A DNA stretch of 64,000 nucleotides from Lama guanicoe (taxonomy: Eukaryota): contig MU056434.1 of NCBI GenBank assembly GCA_013239625.1, positions 682,001 to 746,000 on the forward strand, read 5' to 3'. The position numbers were made by a program, and so were the translations under genes. Positions within the stretch are counted from its first letter, which is position 1. The number at the start of each line of letters is the position of its first letter. Positions 1 to 11,300 of the stretch are shown one piece after another. The notes below the pieces were generated by a model. It searched no databases. It was not told the DNA's origin and saw only the letters and a list, made by a program, of their open reading frames with translations.

Positions 1-1905
1 GGAGGGTGCAGGCAAGAGCAAGTCTTCGCGAGGGTCTGAGACAAGAAGAACCTTGTGTGCCTCTGCGTGGTGAGCCGGGCGTCCCTGAGCAGCTGTGCCA
101 TCTCCTGACGGGTGAGTGCGCATGTGGAGGGGGGAACGACCAGTCCCAGCTCCTTGAGCCCTCGTGTCCGTGTCCTCACACCTCCCACGTGCGTGTGTCC
201 TGCTGGCCCGCCATGCCCCGTGCGCCCTGGGCAGCCACCCTCCCTGCCCGCCGCACCATGTGTACACAGGCTTGTTTTCTCTGCCTCGCAGGCCAGGGGT
301 GTGCTCGTAAATCGTGCAGCCGATGACACATTTATCCCGCGGGCGGCTGGCGGTGTGAATTTATGGCTGTTCCTCCCTCTCGGCGGAGGCAGGACAGGGG
401 CCTGGACACCCCACAGGCAGGCACCTATGCACCACTGGGCCGGGGCTGGGCCAGGAGGGGCTCAGGAGTGCGTCCAAGGTCTTGCCCATTCAGAACCCCA
501 GCGATTTCAGGGGACAGATGGTGGCCGAGAGGCTGAGTTGGCTCAGCTGGGTGGGAGCTGGAAGCTAGAGGCCTGGAGGCCAAGAACCCTCTCCACTGGG
601 CTCCTTGGTCTCCCCACCTATGAACTGGGCAGGACAGGAGGGGCTGCTTCCCTCGATGTGGACTCAGCCCACCCGCTGCTGCTAGGCCTGTTGGAAGCAT
701 CGAGATTTAGGGGAGGACTGTCTGAAGGGTGAGGACCCCGAGGGCAGCTGGGGCTACATACAGGGAAGGAGGGGGATAGGAAAGTCGGGGGGACCCTCAG
801 AATACGCCTGCTCTCCTCCACCTTGCAAAGGTGGGGAAACTGAGGCCCGAGGAGGCGCAGGGCCTCCAGACCCCAGAGTCCTGCTTCCCAGCATGCACTG
901 CCGGGGTCCCAGGCTCGGCCCCCTCCTGGCGGTCTCCTTTGTCCTACAGAGTCTGTGGGTTGGAGTGGGGGCAGCCAGATCCGACAGGAGAGATGATGGA
1001 ACAAGTCAGGTCCTTTGGGCCACGGCAGTTGGGGGATGGGAGCCAGCAGGGGCTGGGGGCCCGGCTGCCTCCCCTGTCCGTCTGTCTGTCTGTGTGCGGG
1101 GTCGGGTCTCCAGGGGACCCTCTGTCGGCTCTCATGCTCCCCTCCACCTCTGGTCCCGGGCCCCCCACCCCCCGCCCGCCTGTCAGGATGAGCGATGACA
1201 GTGCCCCTCCCCGGGCCCTCAGCCCCAGGCTGGTTCCCGCTCATTAGCCGCTGACACTGTTTGCTTTCCCGCCCGGGACGCCCACCCCCGTCACAGGCCA
1301 TTTCTCCCGGCGCCCCCCACCCCTGCGGGCCTGCCCGGGGGTCCAGGGTGCCGGGCAGGACCTGCTCAGCTCCCAGAGTGATGGCCAGACACAGCCCAGC
1401 CCCACCCTCACCTGCAGGCCCTGGAGGACGGCCCTGTCCCTCGCAAAGTTACGCCACAGCAAGAGTGAGTTTGGCCCTGCCCGTGAGCCTCAGCCAGCCT
1501 TGTGGTGAGTATGGGCCTCTGGTGACAGGCTCCAGGCTCACACACCATCTCTGTTTCTCTTGATCATGTGCCCCTGTTTCTTTCTTGTCCCTCTGGGTCT
1601 TTCCCCAGCTTTGTCCTGTAGAATGACCACTGGGCCACCAGCCCCGTACAGAAGGCACGTCTCCCACCTGGTGTCCCTCTGTTCCCTGGAGCAGCCCTGA
1701 TGCACAGCACATGGGTCAGAGGGTAGATCTGTGATGCCCAGGCTTGGGGAGGAAGGTGGTGGGCAGAGGTGGCTGGGCCCTGCACCCCAGCTCCAGAGAG
1801 CTCCAAGCAGGGGAGGCTGCCGTTGGACAGTGGCGGGTGAGCATTGGCTCAGCCTCCGGGACAGCTTTGAGGGGCACGTCGGGGGTGGCAGGCACACCTC
1901 CCTGC

Positions 1906-1950
1906 TGCCACTTGCTGGCTCCCCACAGTGCCACTTGCTGGCTCCCCACA
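1906..1950. repeat. 23-bp tandem duplication TGCCACTTGCTGGCTCCCCACA(G) x2
   Basis: Read directly; lies just before an N gap. Confidence 0.85.
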
Positions 1951-1981
1951 CCCCCTCTCCATCCCCTCCCCCCACCCCACC

Positions 1982-2113
1982 NNNNNNNNNNNNNNNNNNN
2001 NNNNNNNNNNNNNNNNNNNNNNNNNNNNNNNNNNNNNNNNNNNNNNNNNNNNNNNNNNNNNNNNNNNNNNNNNNNNNNNNNNNNNNNNNNNNNNNNNNNN
2101 NNNNNNNNNNNNN
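1982..2113. other. Assembly gap (132 N)
   Basis: Run of N. Confidence 1.
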
Positions 2114-5100
2114 GCCCCCAGCCCATCTGGTTTGACTTTGGCCTGTCGTAGGGTGCCCTGGGGGCCCCACCTTGCCCTGGAGCAGTACCCTCTGACAGAA
2201 GCCCCGGGCCAATGTGGCAGCCCCAAAGTACTTCTAACCTCTGCAGACATTGGTCCCTCTGCGGGAATCACCCCTGCCCCCAGCGAGTGTCCTGCCTGGG
2301 GCTACCCCACTGCCCCCAGGCCTGCAGGCACAGGCATGGGCACTGGCCATGGCCCCAGTGGGCCCACTCCCCCTTACAGAACAGGGGGCGGTGGGTACCT
2401 GGCATGGAAGGGGGCCTGTGGAGGGAGGGCAGAGCAGTGGGGCTGGGGCCTGGCCCGCCTGGCCCCGCCAGGCAACGCATGTGGTCGACGTCAGGAGGAA
2501 TTTCTGACAGGGCTCCCGACCATCCTGCAGCCACTGCGGCCCCCAGACCATCGATTATCCCCAGAGAGCAGCTTCCGGGTCGACCCAGGCTCGGCTGGGG
2601 GGCAGTGAGGTCGGGCCAAGCCCTCTGGGCCCCGGCCCCTCCCTTCCTCTCCTCTCTGAGCTCCTGGAGGTGGGCAGAGCTGGGGGCGCCATCTGCCCCC
2701 AGGCCCTGCTCCTCCCCCAGGGCCCATGGGGAGCACCGCAGAGTGTCTGAGCCCAGGCCCCTGGAAGTGGGTCAGTGTGACCCTGAGAACATGAGCTTAG
2801 GTGTTCCGAGCAAACCTTCCCGAACCCGAGCTGCTAAGGTCACACGCAGGGTTGGACCCTGCCCTCAGTGAGGGGAGAGCAGAGGTGGGGGCTTGGGGGT
2901 CCCCTCGCCCATCTCAGGGGCCTGGGAGCGAGGGAGCAGCCTGAACTGGTCTGTCCCCAGGAGCTGCATCCTCGGTGGCCCAGCCCCTGCCCAGAGGTGG
3001 GGACAGCTGTGGGGGAAGAGGAGGGGCGGCACTGTGTCAGGACCCCCTCCCCCTGAGGCAGGAAAATCCCTCTCCCTCAGTATCACATTGTTGAGAATTA
3101 AGTTTGTTGAAATAAAAATTGGTCTTGGTATTAACTCGGCCTCGAGGATTTTCCCCGGATCGTGGAGGCCACAGAGGGGTCAGACGCCCATTCCCAGAGC
3201 CAGCAGCCACCTTGGGTTTCAGGGGCGCCAACGACCTCCTAATCCTCTCCAGGCTGAGGCTCCCCGCCCGCCACTCGCCCCTCAGGACATGTTCTGGGAT
3301 CGGGGGAGGGGAGCTGCTCCAGCCCTGCATCCTCTGGCCCCAGCCACGAGGCAGGACAGCGTGGACAGTGAGGATCTCGGGGGGGTCTGTCCTTGGTCCC
3401 CTCACCCCTCTTCCCTCCCCCACCACTCCCCTGTCTCCACACGTCATGTGGCAGCCACAGCTGACGTCCACAGGACTCCTCCTTTACCCTCGGCGTCCCG
3501 CCGCAGCCTTGGTTTCCCCATCTATAAAATGGGAGCCCAGCGCTGTGTGGGAGGCCCTGAAAGAAGACAGGGCAGCCAGGCCACCAGACGCTCGAGGGGG
3601 CCCTTCTGAGAGGTGAACACCCTGAGGTGTGGCTGTGGCCGGAGTCCCACTGGTGGGGACAGGGTGGATGGTGCTGAGGGCACACGTGCTTTCGCTGCCT
3701 CAGCCTCAGGTGGCAGTTGGGGTGGGGATGAGGACTGAAACACAGGGTCTCTGAGCCCAGCTCCCCGAGAGGCAGGCAGAGACATGCATTTCCCTGCAGC
3801 CACCAAAACGGTGTCTGTCTGCACCTGCACAGATCTGTGCACAGCTGCTCTGAAGGCCTCCACACAGGCCCTCTGCCCAGTGGGTCCCCTGTGTCTTCCA
3901 CTCCCCTGGAAGAGGTGTGCACCCCCAGAGAGGCTAAGCCCAGGGACATGAGCAGAGGATGGGGCAGGCCAGGAGGGGCCTCGAGGGGCAGGGCCATCCT
4001 GTCTCCCCCACCCCACCAAGGACGCAGTCTGTGTCCTGGTATCGGAGGGTTGGCAAGATTTCCCAGCTGGTGGTCCCCTTGTAGCCTTGCTCAACCACAT
4101 CCCAAGGAGTATGTTTTGTGGGGTGGGGTGCAGCCTGGGAAAAGGCTGGGATGGGGGCCTGGGAACGAAGGCAGGGGCCCCTGGGGGACGCTCGAGTGGG
4201 GCCAGCTGTTGCTGCCTGGCTCCAATTCCCGCTCCGCACTGAGGCTGGTCCCCTGGGCCGAGGCCGGTGGTCTGCCTGGGAGGGAGTGGGCGGGCTGGGG
4301 GGCCTGTGCCTTCTTCTAGGCGGTGGTCCCTGGGGCAGCAGGAGTAGGAGGCAGCCACCTTCATACTGAGTGGCAGCACCAGCCGTCCAAGAGGCCTCTC
4401 CTGCCCCTCCAGCAGCAGGTCCCAAAGCTGGAATCACCCGGCCCCCACCCCACCCTCACCTGGTGTTCTGGCCAACCACCTGCCTGGGCCTCTGTTCCAG
4501 GCCCTTGGGCCCGCCCTCAGGGCCCTCTGTTCTACTCCACCAGCCCGGTACCAGCCTGAACGTGCCAGTCTATCCTCTGTCCAGGGAGCCTAACCACCAG
4601 GACGAGGGCTATCCTGAAACTTCTACACACCCTTTAGGACCCTATGCAAGTGTCCCTGTCTCTGGGCGCCACCCCGAATGCAGGGCCCAGCACCAAACTG
4701 GTGTCACTGTCTTTTCAAGACTCCTCCCTAGAGGCCCTGCACCTGCCCCAGGGCTGGACACCAGGGTGGCCACAAGGCTTCCTGGGGCTTGATTTCCCTA
4801 TCTGAGCTGTCCTTGGCTGAAAGTGTCCACAGATCTTACTAGAGCAAGTTTCAGCTCTGGGGCTCAAAAGCCCCAGAGGGCTCCAAAGAGGTGGGGTTTG
4901 CTGTGGGCAAAGTGGAGTTTCCCCCAGAGGAGAGGGGGGACCAGCAGGCCAACGCCAAACACTTGGCAACCTTCAGCTGAGGCCAAGAGGCTGGCAGAGC
5001 GGCCAGTGGGGTGGGGCTAGAGGGGACTCCTCTTACTCCTGAAATCCCTCCCGTCTGCCCAGCGGCCCCCAGGGACACCCCATGATGCAGGAACCTGATA

Positions 5101-6104
5101 TTTTAAGACTTAAAGCAAATGTTTCTGGAGCCCAAGCTGTGCTGGGGCGCCCTCCCAAGCCTCATGGGGGAAGGGCCAGTCACAGAGGAGAGGACCCCCA
5201 CACTGCCTGCCCCTGAACCAATCCTGCCCCTTCCTGGGCCACAATTTCTGGTGACTCAAGGGGCCATGAGGCTGAAACCCCTGAGGGCCCAGAGCTGGGG
5301 CAGCATCAGCCCCAGGTGGGGGCTTAGTGTTGGCCCCTCTCTCTGCTGGTCCTTCTCTTCAGCTTCCAGCATCATGTGAAGCCTGTCAGGAGCCCTGAAA
5401 CCTCCTGATGTGGGAGTCAAGGCCACTGCCCTCAGGGTGGGCTAGCTAGTTCGTGTGCTGTTTCTGACACACAGGCAGAAGCCCCCTGCAGCTCAGGGCT
5501 GAGAAACCTAAAGCTTCTAGGTCTGAGGAGCAGGAGCTCTGGGATGGATTGGAAATGTCTGCATGGGTTGCAGGAGTGATGGGGGATCCGTGTGCTGGCC
5601 TGGCTTGAAGAAAAAGCAATAAGCCAGGGCTTCTTAACCTCAGCGTCACAAGGAACTCGCCAATGCCTGGATGACAGAGCGGGGCTCAGGCCCAGCAGAG
5701 TGGCCAGGGCAAGGCCCAGGCTCCAGGCCCCACCCGGGCCTCTAGAAGTCTCCCATGTCCTTGAAGGCTGGAGCACTGTGGGTGGAGGGCCCAGGTGGGT
5801 GGGTGGACAGCAAAGAGTAGGGAGGTGGGCCTTTCTGGAGTGGATGGAGATTAGGGGCTAACTTCTAAGAAATGTCTTGGGGGCTGAGCCAGCACAGGCC
5901 CAGCTAGGAATGTGGAGGGTGCGAGCAGATGTTCTGGGGACTCTTCCAGCGCGGGCCATCCTAATGACCCCAGTCAGCCAGGCCCCCAGCCCTTGAAGCA
6001 CCTATGCTGAGTCCTTGCTCTGGTCCTTGCTGGTGGGGCTGGGCCACACCCACAGCCCCAAGCCAGCAAGCCCAACAGAACCAAGACCGTCCTCAGAGGC
6101 CTTA

Positions 6105-6165
6105 AACCATTTTACAGATGGGGAAATAAGAGGCCCAGAGAGGGGACAGGACTTCCAGTCTCCTG
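6105..6165 (-). mobile_element. MIR SINE core fragment
   Basis: ccattttacagatggggaaataagaggcccagagagggg matches the MIR core. Similar short remnants at about 829-860, 3505-3535 and 13310-13330. Confidence 0.65.
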
Positions 6166-9100
6166 GAGAGCCTACAGCCAGCCCCATTGTGTGGATGTCT
6201 CCCCCGCAACCCCTGAGGCCCTCCTGCCTCGACCTGTAGGAGGGTTGAAGCTCTGGGGGACTGTGTGGGTGAGGGACAGACCTGAGTGAATCCCAGGGTC
6301 CTGCTCAGCCCGACCCTTGGCTCCCCGACCCAATGGTGGTTCTGATTCTTACCTGCCCATCTGTCCACTGTCCCCTTGTGCCACCAGGGGCTCAGGGCTT
6401 CCACCCTCACCAGGCCCTGCTGTCTATGGGCAGACCCCTGCTTAAAGGCTCCACCAGACTGTGGGGCTGCAGAACAGTGCTCATCGGGGCTGAGGCCGGC
6501 AGAGCAGCCCCCGCCCAGGGAACCTAGCTGCCCAGAAGCCACCCCTCCCACTGGTCAAGGCCACATTACCCGCCACTGCCACCATCACCCCAGGAGCGCT
6601 CCAGCTACACCACCTGCCACTGCTCTGTCTCAGCACTGCCTTCATTCCTTGGGCCTTGGTTCCCCCCTGTATCTGGAAGAAGGGCAGGTGGGCAGAATTT
6701 GGAAGAGAGGACAGGGTGGCCAGGCAATTCGGGCAGCTGGGGCTGGAGCAGGCACAAGTGGCAAGAGGAAGAAGGAAGACCCCCGTTGGTCCCTCCAGAG
6801 GCACAGAGAGGTCGCGGGCCCCCACGTAGGAAGCAGAGTGGCCCAGTTTTAAACCAAAGGCAGACATGCCATGCGGGAGGGAATGCCTCCTGCCAGACTC
6901 CGCATTCCAGGACCTGGAGCCACTGCCCACTACCCACTGTCCCCAAGCAGCCAAGAACCAAACCTGTCTACTTTCAGGAACTTGCTCGAACTCCTGGCCC
7001 TGTGACCACAGAAGCCCCGTTGAGGCCATGCCTGGGGCCCCTGTCCAGCCTGCACCCAGGCCAGTGGGTAGAGACAGATGGGCTCAGGACTAAGCCTCCT
7101 CTTGGAAGCCTACATGGTGACCCCAGTGGCTTTGGGTGGGGCTCATCTACCTGTCTGCAGGTGAAAGCAGGTACGGATAGGAAGGTGGCAGCAAGGTGGG
7201 GCACAGGAATGGCCTTGCACCCAGGCCCGATCCCTTTCCTCAGCCACACCCCTGCCAGGGTCCTCTCCTCCCCCACCCTCCATTCCCAGGCCCCAAGCCC
7301 TGCCTGGGCTCCCAGGCTCCAAACCAGAAAAACCAGATGAAGAACAAACAGACAAGCTCAGGCTGTGGCCTCCACCCCGTCCAGCGTCCAGTGTCCAGCG
7401 CAGGCCTGGCCCGGGGGCTGGGCCCCCGAGGCTGCCCCACTTGCCTCCCCAGTGGCTTCTGCCATGCCAGCCTCCATCCCTTGCCTGGGCCTCCTTGTCT
7501 CTCCAGGGCTGGGTTTCCGAGATATGCACGCAGCTGTTCTGGTTGCAGGGGGCTCCTCTGGGAGTGAGCCTCTTGTCTCTAGGGGCATGCGAGGAGGGCC
7601 CAGAGACCACAGCAGGGCTGCAGAGGGGAGGCGCAGGCTGGAGGGTCCCACTGGTTCCCCCAAGGTCCTTTTCAGATGCAGCATCCTTAGATCCAAGACC
7701 CCCTCTTCGACCTTGTGGTACAGGGTTCTGATCTCTGGGATGGTGATGGACAGGGACCTCATGTGATGAGGGCAGTGCTGGACTCGTCCCAGCCCCACTT
7801 ATTCAGTGCACAGACACAGTGAGGCCCAGGGGCAGCTGGGTGTCTCCATCCCATCAGCCTCCATCCCCGTCACCCTGCTCCTGCCCCTCCATGCCCTCCC
7901 CCACCATCAGGCTGGACCACCAGGCCCTGTGGTGCCCGGACAGGCCTCCTGCCAACACCTACCACTCCTGCTCCAAGGGCCTTGCACACGACTTTGATAA
8001 CTGGAGGGAGAAACTGTTGATTTGGATTCCAGCAACTGGGATGACCCCAGCCGGAAACCAGGAAGAACCCGTCTCTCCCAGGCACGTGCCAGTAAATTCG
8101 TAGATTCTTGGTTTGATGGGCTCCTCTTCACAGAAAGAAGTGGGAGATAAGTCTTGTGCTTTAGGGGGACCACAGAGGGGCCAGATGGGCAGAGCACATA
8201 GAAGGGTGAGCTGGTGGGTGTCCAGGACTCACTCAGCAAGGGGGTACGCAGGCGAGGGCAGGGCCCGGGGCCCAGGAGAGGGGGGCCAAGGGGCTGGGGA
8301 GAGCACCATGGATCCTGGGGTTGGGCTCTGGCCATGGACTCGGTCCCCAGCTGAGCCCACCTGCCTTCCTTGGACCCCTGACCCCAGAGGTGTGGGGCAT
8401 GACTTCACCTGACTGTCAGTCGGCAGCAGCTTGAGGCTGGGATGGGGTTGAGGACCAGGGGATCCCAGAGTCAAGCTCCATCAGCTCATAACAGCCTGGA
8501 GAAGAGGGCTTTTGGGGGGAAATGGCACAAGAGCAAACACACAGGGCAGGATGAGGCTTGAGGGTGGAAGGGACAGAGGACCCTGTAGGGGAAAGGGACA
8601 GAGGGACATTGGACAGAGCCAGACCATGCTCTGAGCATCCATTCATAGCCCTATGTGGCCAAAGTGATGGTCCGTCACCATGTGGGCTGCAGGGCCCAGG
8701 TCAGAGTGGCCAGGCCGGCCGGTGCTAGGGGGCATGGTGCGGGTCGCCATAAGCAGTTCTGGGTGGGCCAACCTCCCTGGGGCCCCAGTAGCAGCCTCAG
8801 GTGTGGGGTGCAGGAGAGGGCAGGACAGAGGTCTATCCCGAGTAGGATGGGCTGGGCCCCTGGCTGTCCTGTGAGGACACACCGCCCCACCCTAGGGCCT
8901 CACCACTGGACACACACATGACCCACGTCTGGCTGCCTGCCTGGCCGGCATCCCTGCCAATCACATGGCCTTTCCTCCCACCAGCACCTGCTGGGGGCTG
9001 ACAGAGGTCTCTATTCCCAGCCGGGCGCCTGTTCAGGTTATATTTAGGCCGTGGGTGGGGGGTGGCGGTGCGCACTGGGCCCTGACCCCCTCCTGGGGCC

Positions 9101-10440
9101 CAGGCCCAGCCTCGTGGCTTGGGCTGAGCTGTGAGGAGCAGGCTGCTGCCTGAGGGCCTCTGTCTCAGCTCCTGGCCTCAGTCCACAGCCGCGTGCAGGC
9201 TGGGGCGCTGGGCTCTGCCACGGTTCACTTGGGAAACAGTCTGGACTGGGGTTGGCTCTTCTTGCCCGGGGAGAGTAAGGCTGACAGCACTGGAAACTCT
9301 GGGAGCCCAGCCCCAGGGGGAAGAGGGCAGGAGCTCCAGGTCGCGGGTCCGGGAGGCCCAGCCAGCCTCTCAGCTCCAGAGGCTCCAACGTCCATGAGGT
9401 CATTCCCTCCTGGGACCTCCCAGGGCCCTGCCCAAGGGGTTGCCGAGCCCAGGACCTTCCTGCCCACCCGGGCTGGAGCCCTCTTCCCTTATGCTGCTGG
9501 GCAGGATGTTCCTGGGGAGGAAACGGCCCCTCGGAGGCCACCCCATCCCCGCTGAAGTCCAGAGCCACTTCCTGCTGCGCGTGGGCCTTGGTCCTGTCCC
9601 CGATTCTGCCAGCCCAGGCCAGACCCAGACTTCCTGCCCCCAGCAGCGTGGAGGGGCAGGGACAGTCCAATCTCACCAGCCCCGAGGGCCCAAGAGCCTC
9701 TGCCTGGGACCCCAGACCCCTGCCCACAGACCCCCTCCTTCATATGCCCCAGCTCTGGCATCACCTGCTGCCCCCTCAGCCCATCTCTGAGGGGAACTGT
9801 GACCTCAGTGGTCCCTGGCCTGGCCCTGGATGCCCACGGCTGCATCAGTGCATCACCCTGACCATGGCAGAGGTGGGCCAGTCTAGCACCCACAGTGCTG
9901 GCCTTGGCTGGATCCGAAGGGTCCTATGGCGGAGGTCACGACCCTGCTCCATAAGCAGCCTCATCTCCAGGGCGGCCCCTCCTTGTCCCAGTCCCCTCAC
10001 ACCCCTTCAAAGGGGCTTCCTGCCCCTGCCGACCCCAGATCAGGGCCAGTCGCCTGGCCACCCACCTCTGCCCTCTGCCCCTGGAAACAGGCAGCTGGGG
10101 GGTTGGGGGGCTGTGGGACTGGGCTGGAGGAGTCGAGGGCAGGGCTGGGGGTCTGGAGGGAAGTGGGCGGCCCCAGCCCAGCTGGCTCTGAGGTGCAGGA
10201 AGTGGGGGTCTTGGATGCTTCCTCTTGGCCAGACGTACTCGGGGTGGGGCTGGGCAGCTGGGGGTCAGAGGCTTGGCCCCAGCTGCCATTTCCTCTCTAG
10301 CCGGTCACCAGCTGGGTGGCCTGTGAGGCTGCAGGTCTCAGGCTGGGTAGCTGGGTGTCCCTCAGGCCCCACAGGTGGTCAGGACCAGAAGGTCTCTGGG
10401 CCGCGAGTCTAGAAGCATGTCAGCTGTGGCCTCTATGAGT

Positions 10441-10478
10441 CCGTCAGCACCGTCAGCACCGTCAGCACCGTCAGCACC
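10441..10478. repeat. Perfect 9-bp tandem repeat (CCGTCAGCA)x4
   Basis: Read directly from the sequence. Confidence 0.9.
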
Positions 10479-11224
10479 TGGCCCTGCCTGGCAGGAGTCG
10501 CCATCAGATGGGTGTGGCAGGCCCACTCCAGGGGGACCCTCCCTAGCCCAGGCTTGTGTTCCCTCCAGCTGGACTTCCCCTACCCAGGCTTGGTTTGTGC
10601 ATCTGTACAAGACGACAGTCCCTGCCCCAACAGACGGACAGAGGGGCTGCCGGTGAAGGCTGGGACCTGGGATGACTCAGGCAGAGGACCCTGGGGCCTT
10701 CCGGGGCAGTGCAGTGGTTCTCTGCCTGTCAGACCCCCGAGACTCGAGGCTCCACTGCCCTGTCCCCCATTGGGGTGCCTGCCACACCTGCCCCACCAGG
10801 CACCCAGCCCCACACAGCCTGCTCAGCTCACGTGCAGGGGCTGATACAGGCTTCAGAGGACCCCAGCCCATCCAGGCCCAGAATGCCGAAGGCTGAGGAG
10901 GGGGTTCTAACCCTCTGGCAGGCAGGTGGTGGCCTTTGAGGGACCACAGAGGACCTCACCCTCAGATACGTTGGCTGAGCCCCCACCCACAATGGGGGCC
11001 TGCATCAAAGGGGCAACCAAGGCTGGGGGAATGGGTCTCGGTCCATCTGGGTGTCTGGCCTGGGAGGGTCTCAGGGTGGGATGAGGCCAGCACCACGGCT
11101 CAGAGTATGTGTCTGTGCCTGTGTCCAAAGCCTCACTGGGCCCCCGCCCCCAGCCCACACATGATGGGCGGTCGTCCGTCAGCAAGGCCAGCCCCTCTGG
11201 CCATCCATCACCAGCCGCGGCCAC

Positions 11225-11300
11225 AGGAGGAATGGCCTATTTGTTTTGCCAGCTCCGTGTCGCTCCCTGGGGCGTGAGCTGGAGGAAACGGCCATTTCTG
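11225..11300. promoter_or_regulatory. Candidate forkhead-binding upstream enhancer of TBX1
   Basis: TATTTGTTTT (TRTTTRY) at 11238-11247, about 10 kb upstream of the ATG. A Fox-dependent distal enhancer is known for mouse Tbx1; orthology not verified. Confidence 0.4.

Noticed and set aside
10441-10478. Short direct repeats here and at 1906-1950 and 18051-18160 as CRISPR-like arrays
   Set aside because: Eukaryotic DNA, no unique spacers, no cas genes; ordinary tandem duplications.
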